This document shows positions 7,396-17,400 of a stretch of 64,000 nucleotides of DNA, one piece after another. The notes under the pieces were generated by a model. That model ran no database searches and was not told the origin of the DNA. It saw nothing but the letters and a program-made list of their open reading frames with translations. The stretch is from Verrucomicrobiales bacterium (GTDB taxonomy: Bacteria > Verrucomicrobiota > Verrucomicrobiia > Verrucomicrobiales > V1-33): the NCBI GenBank assembly GCA_031411295.1, contig JANOAV010000105.1, positions 1-64,000 on the forward strand, written 5' to 3'. The position numbers and the translations under genes were made by a program. Position 1 is the stretch's first letter. Each line of letters starts with the position of its first letter.

Positions 7396-8808
7396 CTAAC
7401 AGTCAGTGCGGCCTGATTGCCTGGCGCGGAAATATCCGTAGAGCGGCAATCCCAATGCCACCAGGCCAAGTCCCACAAGGGATTCCACGGGTTTGGTATA
7501 AAGCGTATTGCCAATCAACCACAAGGCGACAAGCATGAACACCGACGGCACGACGGGGTAGCCCAGCGTTCGATAGGGCCGCGGAGCATTGGGCATTTTC
7601 CGCCGCAGCACGAAGACGGCTGAGGTCACGCAGGCGTAGAAGATCCAGGAGGCAAACAACAGGCAATCCGTGAGTTGATCGAACGTGCCTGACAGCGCCA
7701 ACAAGGAGGCCCAGAGCCCCTGAAGGATCAGCGCTATGACCGGCACATGGCTGGACGCGTGCAAGCGCCCCAGGCTGGGGAAAAACATTCCTTGGCGGGC
7801 CATGGCATAGGGCACGCGGGCGTTGGACAGAATGGATCCATTCAACGCCCCGAACGCCGAAACGACAAAGATCATGGAAACGAAGCGGCCGCCGAAGTCT
7901 CCCAAGAAGGTCTGCGCAGCCTTGGCCGCTACGGGCAAAGCGTCCCGGTGCGCGGTGGAATTGCTGCTGACGATTTCCTGAAACGGCAGGGCGTAAAAAT
8001 AGGCGAGGTTTAATAAGCAGTAGAGTCCCATGACTGCCACCATGCCGAAGATCAAGGCGCGGGGAATATTGCGTCCAGGGTTGCTGACTTCCCCGGCCGC
8101 CATGGGCATGTTATTCCAACCGTCATACCCCCACAACGCAGCCAGCATGGCCGTGCCGAACAAGGATAATCCACTCCACTGCGGCGTGTGGTCCGGAGTT
8201 GCCAGGTGCGTCCAGGTGGCCTGATGGGAGGCAAAGAAAACGCCAAAAATAATGAATCCCATCCCGGCCAGCTTCAGCGCTGTGAGGATGGTCTGCACTT
8301 TCCCGCCCAAAGCCACGTGGCAGCAATTCAGTGCTGTGAGCAGGACGATCACGCTGACCGCCACCACTTGTTTGATGCCTAACTGCCAGTGAAATGGCTG
8401 CCCCCAGACGGTGAAATCATGCGTTAGCCAAACGGCATCCAGCGGCAGAAAACTGGCCAGAAAGATCGCGAAGCCAGCGCCCAGGCTGGCAATGGATGCG
8501 CTCCCGGCCACAATGAAACGTTGCCAACCGAACAAGAATGCCGCCCCTTCACCATAGGCCCGGCGCAGGTAAACATACTCGCCTCCCGCTTCCGGCATCA
8601 TGGCTCCGAGTTCGGCGTAAGTTAGTGCGCCGGCCAGCGAGAGCAGACCTGCGGCCACCCAAGCGGCCAGCACCAGCAGGGGGGAGCCCACACTCTGGGC
8701 CATGGGGGCGGCCTTGAGAAATATGCCCGTGCCGATGACGGTGCCCATGACCAGGGCGGTGGTGGCAGAGAGATTCAGACCGCGAATGAGCTTGGGGGAA
8801 ATGGCCAT
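7396..8808 (-). CDS. APC-family amino acid permease
   Basis: GTVIGTGIF, ELGAMMPEAGGEYVY, LWGYDGWN, LRRKMPNAPRPYR motifs; ~12 TM segments. Confidence 0.92.
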   Translation of the reverse strand: MAISPKLIRGLNLSATTALVMGTVIGTGIFLKAAPMAQSVGSPLLVLAAWVAAGLLSLAGALTYAELGAMMPEAGGEYVYLRRAYGEGAAFLFGWQRFIVAGSASIASLGAGFAIFLASFLPLDAVWLTHDFTVWGQPFHWQLGIKQVVAVSVIVLLTALNCCHVALGGKVQTILTALKLAGMGFIIFGVFFASHQATWTHLATPDHTPQWSGLSLFGTAMLAALWGYDGWNNMPMAAGEVSNPGRNIPRALIFGMVAVMGLYCLLNLAYFYALPFQEIVSSNSTAHRDALPVAAKAAQTFLGDFGGRFVSMIFVVSAFGALNGSILSNARVPYAMARQGMFFPSLGRLHASSHVPVIALILQGLWASLLALSGTFDQLTDCLLFASWIFYACVTSAVFVLRRKMPNAPRPYRTLGYPVVPSVFMLVALWLIGNTLYTKPVESLVGLGLVALGLPLYGYFRARQSGRTDC

Positions 8809-8847
8809 AGACGCGGTAGAGGGTAGGGTGGGGGAGGGGAGCGTGGG

Positions 8848-11166
8848 TCAGAGCAAGCCGTCCTGACCAATGATTTGCACTTCGGTCTCCATCACGATGC
8901 CGCGTTCGTCGCGCGCTTCCTTTTTGATGTGATCAATCAGTTCCAAGACATCCTTGGCGGTGGCTCCGCCTTCGTTGGTGATGAAGTTGCCGTGGATTAC
9001 CGAAACTTTGGCGCTGCCCACGGCGCGATCTTTATAGCCGAGTTCCTGCACCAATTTCCCGGCCGGGATTTCGCTGGGGTTCTTGAAAATGCAGCCGGCG
9101 CTGGCGGCAATCGGTTGTCCGGTGCGACGCTTCTGTTTGGATTCCTCCAACTTCGCATCGATCTCCGCCAAGACGGTATTGGGGCTGCCATGGAGCACGG
9201 CGGAGACGGTGTAATTCGTGGTGAATTGCGGCACGCTGCGGTAGTTGGCCTCAATCTCGCTGCGCGGCCGGGTATGAATCTCGCCAGCGGAATCCAGATA
9301 AGTGACGCTGACAATTTGGTCGAACGTTTCCACGCCCATGGCTCCGGCATTCATGCGCACGCTGCCGCCGAGGTTGCCGGGGATGCCTTCCATCCATTCG
9401 AATCCGCCCAAGCGAGCTTCCCGGGCGGCCGAAGCGATTTTCTTCAGCCGTGCGCCCGCGCCACAAATCAGGTTGTTACCTTCCACGCGCACTTCATCAA
9501 ACTCACCCTTGCTAGGGTGGATGACCACCCCACGAATGCCGCCATCGCGCACGAGTAAATTCGAGCCGCGTCCCACCACGCGGATCGGCAGTCCCTGTTC
9601 CCGACAATGTTTCACTAAGCGGCTGAAACCAGCCACGGTGCGCGGTTCCACCCAGTATTGCGCGGGCCCGCCAATCAGAATGGTGGTGTGGCGGCTCATG
9701 GGTTCGTAAAGTTTCAAGGGGCCAGGATCCTCACCCAGAGCCGATTGGAGGCCTTCCGCGGTTTGGATATCGTCTACCAGGCGGGCCCCAATTTCATGCA
9801 CGTTGCCGGCCCCCAGGGTGATGAGGAGATCTCCCTGACGGAGGAAGTTCCCCACCGCTTGATGCACCGTTTCGCGCTGCGGGGTGTAAAACGTCTTCAC
9901 CCGATCTCCCTCCACGGCATTGATTTCATCCACCACGGTCTGTCCGGAAATGCCGGGGATGGGAGTTTCGCTGGCGGCATAGACATCCAGCACGAAGACC
10001 GCGTCCGCATGATGGAAGGCCTGACCGAATTCTTTGCGGAGCAGTTGGGTGCGGGTGTAGCGATGGGGTTGGAAGACACAGATCACGCGGCCCCGACCCT
10101 GGCCGGTGGCGAAGTTTCGCGCGGTCGCCAGGGTAGCGGCAATTTCCGTGGGGTGGTGACCGTAGTCATCGACCACGGTGAAATGGAGCGATTTCAACTT
10201 CACCTCGAAGCGACGTTTCGCACCCCGGAAGGTGCCCAGCGCCCAGGTGATACGATCGAAGGGCACACCCAGGTCCGTCGCTAGAGCGATCACTGCCAAC
10301 GCGTTCAAAACGTTATGGCGGCCAGGGATATTGAGGATCATTTGTCCCAGCGGTTGGCCATGTTTGAGCACGATGAACTCGGTGCTCTGGCCCAATGAAG
10401 TTACTTCCACGGCGGCGTAATCCAGCGCGGGCTCCCAGCCATAGGAAACGCTGCGTTCCCTGCGGGAGCAGACATCGTGAGCCCCGGGATCACTTCCGCA
10501 GTAATAGACGGAACCCTTGGTCTGCTCCAACAGCTTGGTGAAGGTGGCCTTGATTTCTTCCAGATTTTTATAGTGATCCAGATGCTCCTCTTCGACATTT
10601 AGGAGGATGACATGCTGCGGATGAAATAGGGCGATGGTGCCATCGCTCTCATCTCCTTCGGCCACGAAATGGTCCCCTTCCTGATCCCAGAACGCGTTGG
10701 TGCCTAACAGGGGGATTTCCGCCCCGACGTAGTGACTCGGATGCAGGTCCCCAGCCCGCAGCACGTGGGCACACATGCTGGAGGTGGTGGTTTTGCCGTG
10801 CATGCCGCCGACGACGATGCCTTGTTTGCGCTGCATGATGGCGGCCAGGGCTTCGGCCCGTCGGAAGAGTGGAATGCCCGCAGCCACGGCAGCATCATAG
10901 GCAACATTTCCGGGCTTAATGGCCGAGGAGTAAATCACCAATCCCGCTCCCGCCACGCTCTCTGCGGTGTGGGGACAAAAGAACTCCAAGCCGCGTTGCT
11001 GCAGTCGTTCGGTCTCAGTGGTAGTCGCTTTATCAGAGCCGGAGACTTGATACCCGAGTTCGATGAGGAGGGCGGCAATGCCGCTCATGCCACTTCCGGC
11101 CACGCCAATGAGGTGGATGCGGGAGGAGGAATCGGCAAGGTCGAATAAGCTGGAGTTGTGGGGCAT
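8848..11166 (-). CDS. murC: Fused UDP-N-acetylmuramate--L-alanine ligase (MurC) / UDP-N-acetylenolpyruvoylglucosamine reductase (MurB)
   Basis: N-half: IGVAGSGMSG, GMHGKTTTS, EGDESDGT, DDYGHHPTEI, FQPHRYTRT. C-half: GRGSNLLVRDGG, GIPGNLGGSVRMNAGA, SAGCIFKNP, HGNFITN, ETEV. Confidence 0.95.
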   Translation of the reverse strand: MPHNSSLFDLADSSSRIHLIGVAGSGMSGIAALLIELGYQVSGSDKATTTETERLQQRGLEFFCPHTAESVAGAGLVIYSSAIKPGNVAYDAAVAAGIPLFRRAEALAAIMQRKQGIVVGGMHGKTTTSSMCAHVLRAGDLHPSHYVGAEIPLLGTNAFWDQEGDHFVAEGDESDGTIALFHPQHVILLNVEEEHLDHYKNLEEIKATFTKLLEQTKGSVYYCGSDPGAHDVCSRRERSVSYGWEPALDYAAVEVTSLGQSTEFIVLKHGQPLGQMILNIPGRHNVLNALAVIALATDLGVPFDRITWALGTFRGAKRRFEVKLKSLHFTVVDDYGHHPTEIAATLATARNFATGQGRGRVICVFQPHRYTRTQLLRKEFGQAFHHADAVFVLDVYAASETPIPGISGQTVVDEINAVEGDRVKTFYTPQRETVHQAVGNFLRQGDLLITLGAGNVHEIGARLVDDIQTAEGLQSALGEDPGPLKLYEPMSRHTTILIGGPAQYWVEPRTVAGFSRLVKHCREQGLPIRVVGRGSNLLVRDGGIRGVVIHPSKGEFDEVRVEGNNLICGAGARLKKIASAAREARLGGFEWMEGIPGNLGGSVRMNAGAMGVETFDQIVSVTYLDSAGEIHTRPRSEIEANYRSVPQFTTNYTVSAVLHGSPNTVLAEIDAKLEESKQKRRTGQPIAASAGCIFKNPSEIPAGKLVQELGYKDRAVGSAKVSVIHGNFITNEGGATAKDVLELIDHIKKEARDERGIVMETEVQIIGQDGLL

Positions 11167-11431
11167 ACGGGAAAATGAAAAAGGGCGGTCACATCCTACT
11201 CCGTCAGTTCACCACGCAAGCGGGAGGTGGAGGAAATCATGGATGGCATGGCTGCGTGATCCCAAGCCAAGTGAGTCGCGCGTAGGGAAATCCCCTAAAT
11301 GCGCACTAGTAATAAGAATTAGATGGTCAGTTGGTGATTAATTTTTTATAAAGGGCTCGTTATCAAATTAATCCTCCGCCTCTGGTTTCCCTGCCAAGGT
11401 GCCATCGTAGTATCTTCCCCCCCTTTGCTCT

Positions 11432-14400
11432 ATGAAAAATCCCCTTTTTCGTCTGGTGCCCAGCCTGTGTGGCTCGGCGTTGTTACTGGCTTCCTCTGCT
11501 GAAGCGAAGTTGCTTGGTTACTGGAATTTCGATGGTCCGTCTTCGACTTCGACTTCGGATCGTTTGAAGGATAAATCTGGCAATGGCTATCATGGTCGGG
11601 ATCCGAATTATGGTGGGGGCACGGGGGTGAATCGCGTGTTCTTTAATGCGGTGGACGTGCCGCGGGCCCCGTATTTGGTGCCGCCCGGGAATACGAATTA
11701 CTGCTTAGACCTGACGGGAAATAGCACGGCGGGCACGGAAAATAATCGCTATGTGGTGATTGAGCCTGATGCAGCTGGGGATGGCAGCGGGACGACCGCA
11801 GCTGCGGGGGCGGTTGACTCGACGGGGAATGCGTTTAACCTTGGAAATACCACAGGGACGTCCGTGGCGGCCACGGGGTTTCGGTTCACGGTGGCTTTCT
11901 GGTATAAGGGAAATGCGGTGCAGACATATTCTAACTATGTTTCCAAGGGCGGGGAGGCTTACGGGAATGCCGGTAAGGCTTTTGAAGGTTGGGCGGTGCG
12001 TAAAAATAACACAAATGTGCGCATGGATTGGGTGACGCGCGGCAGTTGGGCGAACACTGGGGACTTGGATGGTGGCGCGGATTATAATAATCGCAGCGGC
12101 GGCACGCTGGCGGCTCCTTCGCTCAATGGCGTGGTAGTGGCAGTGGGTAATGTGGCCAACAATACGATTGGAAATATCACGGACAATTTGGCGGCTGGCA
12201 CTTGGCAGCATGCCTGTATGGTTTGGGATGGCACGCGGAAGCACATGTATATCAACGGCTTCCATAATAAATCGGAAACCATTGCTGGTGCCACTTACAT
12301 CGGGACGACGGCTAAGTTAGTCTTCGGGGTGGATTATACTACGGCCAATGCAGTTAATGTGCTGAAGTTCTCCCGCACGCGGATGGATGAAATTTGTATT
12401 TATGATGAAGCGCTGACGCCTGGGCAGGTCGAAGATTTGGCACGGGGAGCCAGTCCGCTGACTCCGCTGCGCACACAATGGCGTCCATTCGATTTCGCCA
12501 TGCCTACTGCGAATCCTAACTTGGTGCCTTACAACAGCGCGTATCCACCAGCCTATGCTGCGGGAAATTTGTCTCCGACGGGAGCCGCCTATCCACTGAG
12601 CACCGGTGGTTTGCCCGCCAATGCCTTGGATGGGAATTTGGCGACGGCTTACATTAATTTGAAGGGCGTTTACAGCGGGTTGATGACGACTTTGCCTGCC
12701 ACGAACATTGTGAAGAGTTTCACGATTACCACGGCGGCGGCTAATCCAGAGCGGGATCCTGCAACGTATGAACTGTGGGGCACGGCATCTGCGTTAACGA
12801 GCGCAGACAACAGTGGTGGCCGGGCGGAGGCGTGGACGTTGATTCAGTCCGGCGCGTTGGGTTTACCTGCGACCCGTGGGACCACTGTGACGATTCCGGT
12901 TACGAACTCGACGACGTATTTGAATTACAAGATCGTGTTCCCGACCCTAACTGGGGCGACGGAAAAGACGATGCAGATTGCGGAAATCCAATATTTTACG
13001 AGCACGGACGGCACGGGAGTAGGGTTGCTCTTGCCAGCCAGTGTGGCCCGGGCGATTGCTGAGCCAACGATTTCCAATGGCCAATCCTGGCATCAGGGGG
13101 CGGAGCAGGTGGCCAAGGTGATTGATGGCGTTACCACGACGAAATATTTAAATACTGCCGGAGCGGGCACTGGTTTCATTGTCACACCTGCGGCGGCTTC
13201 GGTGGTGCAAAGCTTCCGCGCCACGACCGCCAATGATACTCCGGGACGGGATCCCACGTTCTATGCCATCTACGGCACGAATGATACCATCAAGAGCCTG
13301 AATAACACAGACGGTAAAGCGGAAAACTGGACGCTGATTCAACAAGGCCGCTTAACCATGCCGTTCGCTCGGACGACGTTGGGACCGGTGGTGACGCTGA
13401 CAAATTCCACCAGTTACACCTCCTACAAAGTGGTCTTCCCGATGAACGGGGGCGAGGTGCTGTTCCAGTTAGCGGAATTCCAACTTTACCCCACCACAGA
13501 TGCCACGGGCGCTGGGGTGCTGGCACCGGCAAATCCCATCCTGGGGGTGGCGGAAAATTACATGGGACCTTTGTCTGTGGCCAGCTTCTATGCAGGCTAC
13601 ACGGGCGGGCCGTTGATGCCGCAGGGCGGGCCAGGTTACATGGGGATCTTCGAACAGCGCGCCAACGGCAATCTGCGTCGGCCAGATGGATCTTCTTCGG
13701 GCAATGCTAATGTTTACACAGGGGATAGCCCTATCATGTATGCGCGGTGGGGGTCCTTGAATGCTCCGAGCTACACGCCGGGAATTATCAACTATCCCAT
13801 TGTGCGTGGCACCACCACGTCCATCAACTTTGGTGATGACAATTCGAGTATCGCCACGGGCTATGATGGTGCGCAAAATGAATTCCTAACGAGTTCGATT
13901 CCCGCCGCCCAGGATAATATGGTGCAAATGATTCAGGGCTGTTTCCGGGTGACGACTCCGGGGAAATATACGTTTACCTTGCGAGGTGATGACGGGGCTG
14001 ATTTGGCCATTGCCGGGGCTACGTGGCTGTCGATGACTGCTGGTAATAACTTTGGTTCCATCGTGGGAGACACGCTGCAAAATCACATGACGACGGGGGA
14101 CACCAATAATGTGGCGGTGGTGAATTTCCCGACGGCGGGGGACTATAATTTCCGCTACTCCTATAGTGAAGCGACGGGCGGCGCCTTCAATGAAGTGCTC
14201 TACGCTCAGGGGGAATTCGTGGCTTATGATGCGGTCGCCTTCAAACAACTCGGGGATCCTGCGGGCGGCCTGAGCCTGGTGGATCACACGCCAATGATGG
14301 ACATCCGCAGCACTGTGCTCTTGGTCACGGGCGGGGTTCCAGCCACGCAGACGCTAACATGGGATGCTGGCTATGCCACGAATGTGAAGATCAACGGTGG

Positions 14401-17400
14401 TGCTTTCGCCAATGAAGATGTGACTGCTGTCACCCTCAATGGTTCTGGCTCACGGACCCTGCCCACGCCAGCCACGACCACGACCTACACCATCACTGGG
14501 ATTCGTGGATCGGGAACGCCCGTGACCCGCTCCGTGACGGTCTATGTAAATTCCCCGCCGGTGATTCTAACGTTTGCCGCAGATGACGCCACGTTGCTCC
14601 CTGGGGCTCCGCTGACGCTGCGTTGGACCAGCCTCTTCGGCACCACTTTCACGCTGAGTAATGGCGTTACTAACACGAACGTCACCAGTAATACGACCAC
14701 CGCCCCCGATGGCACTCAGAGTGGATTCATTACCATAGCTGCTCCTGCGGCGGATACCACCTACAGCCTCACGGCTACCAATACGTTCGCCCCTCCGACA
14801 GTTAGCACCACCCTTATCGATATCGGGACTGGTCCGACGCTGACATTTACAGGAGACAAGGCCACGATGCTGCAGGGTTCCTTCCTGACGCTAAACTGGA
14901 CGGTCACGGACGGCGGCAATGCCACGATTACACCGCGTCTTAACAACTCATCGCTGTCCACCAGCGTCCCCAATACGGGCACCAGTGTGGAGCAACCCCA
15001 GTTGACCACTACTTACACCCTGAGCGCATCCAACATTTACGGTAGTTCCTCAGCCACGACCACGATAACCATGCCAGAGCGCTTTGGAATTTCGCCAGCC
15101 GGCTGGACAGTGCAGGTGGATTACTGGAATCGCTTTGGATACACCGATCCTGTTTTTGGAATTCGCAATGCCCATACGGCAGCAGCCTATCAAAGTGACG
15201 AAATGTTTGCCATCACAGACGCAGCGCTGGGTGACCGCGGACCGCTCGCCACGGTTAACACGAATACAACGACCCCTGCATTGAGCGGCCCGGCCGTGCC
15301 TCCGAACGCTCAACCCGGCACTGGCGAGAAGTTGCTCATGCGCTATCGCGAAACGGGCGTGGCGGTTATCAACTATGATGATGCGGCCGCAGCCACCGGC
15401 AGCATTCCCGGCAGCGTTCGTCCACCTCCAGCGTTGACCGCAGGGGTTACCTATGACCAGTATGCCCTCAAGGCCACTGCCACCTTGGTGGTGAATGCGC
15501 CAGGCGACTACACCATCGGGATCAACAACGATGACGGTGGGCGGTTGCGGATCGATTTGAATAACGATGGTGATTTCAGCGACGGAGGGGAAACGCTGGT
15601 GCAGGATGAAACTTACCATGGCTTCCTTGGCACCCTCCCACTCACCTCCACGGTATCCCTCCAAGCCGGCGCCTATCCCATTGAATACATGTATTTCGAA
15701 GGTGCTGGTGGCTCCGGTGGGGAAGTCTTCTTCGTTGATCCGGATGACCAATGCCGCATCAAGCCCCTGCCCATCGTGAGTGCCAGTCCGACCGCTCCTG
15801 TAACCACGGACGTCGTTATTAGCGAATTCATGGCCGTGAATAACAATACGCTGGAGGACTTGGAGCACAACAATCCTGACTGGATCGAACTCTACAACGG
15901 AACCGCTGCCGCCATTAGCCTCAATGGATATTTCCTAACAGACAATGCTGCCATTCCTAATAAATGGGCCTTCCCCAACACCGCGAGCGTCCCAGCGGGT
16001 GGCTATCTGATCGTCTTTGCCTCCGGGAAAGCGACCCGCATTCCTCCGCCTCCCGCCACAGAGTTCCACACGAATTTCACCCTCGGTGGTGGCGTGGGTT
16101 ATGTGGCTCTGAAGAAGAGCGATGGTGCCGGTGGGTATCTCAATGTTTCCTCTTTCAACTACCCCAACCAGCGCGGAGATGTTTCCTACGGTTGGTATGA
16201 TGGAACCAATATCGGTTATTCCAGCACGCCCACTCCGGGGAAATTGAACATGGGCGGAGCGGCCAGTCTGGTCACAGGCGACACTCATTTCAGTGTGGAT
16301 CGAGGCATCAAAACGGCGGCGTTTAGCTTGGAAATTACGGCCAGCGACACCACCCCAGGAACCATCATTCGCTACACCACGGATGGCTCCATCCCCACGG
16401 CCCTCAATGGCCAGAACTACACCGTCCCCATTCCCATCAGCGTCACTACCGCAGTGCGGGCCATCGCCATGCGAGCCGGTGCCATTCCCACCAACTCCGA
16501 CACCCAGACCTACATTTTCCTGGACGATGTGTTGACGCAGAACACCGTCCAAGCCCTCGCCAAAGGCTGGCCGAACTCTATCGTGGCCGGACAGACGTTC
16601 GACTTCGGCATGGATGCGGCCATCGTGGCCGGCAAGGAAACGGAAGTGAAAAATGCGCTCAAAGCCATCCCCACGGTCTCCGTAGTCACGGACATCACGA
16701 ACCTCACCGACCCGAACTGCGGGATCTTTGTGGAGAGCCAGTTCCGGGGCCGGGCGTTCGAGCGCAACTGCTCCGTCGAATTGCTCAACGACAAGGGTGA
16801 TCTCAATGGCAATTTCCAAATCGAAGCAGGAATTCGTTCGCGCGGTGGATTCAGCCGCAGTGATGGCAATCCCAAGCACTCTTGGCACCTCTATTTCCGC
16901 AACGACCCCGGTTACGGCGGACGTTTGAAATATTCCCTCTACGGCACTGAAGGCACCAACCGTTTCGAGCAGATCGATCTCGCCACCGCCAATAATTACT
17001 CATGGTCATTCGCTCCGGAAAACGCCAACCTGCGGACCTTGGCTTACACCAACAGCTCCAATACCACCACCACGTTCCAATGGCGCTACAACACGTTCGT
17101 GCGGGACTTGGCCAGCCGGGATCTGCAAATTGACATGAGCGGCTATGGCACCCGCAACAAATACGTCCATCTCTACATCAACGGCATTTATTGGGGCCTG
17201 CATTATTTCCAAGAACGGGCGGAGGCTTCGTTTGGTGAAGAATATTTTGGAGGCGACAAGAATAACTATGACGTCATCAAATCCTCCGGCAGCACTAACG
17301 GTTACCAAACGGAAGCTACCGACGGAGATATGACCCGTGGTATTACCGGCACGGCCACCGTGGACGGCAACTACCAAAGCGCCTGGGCCAAATTTTACGG

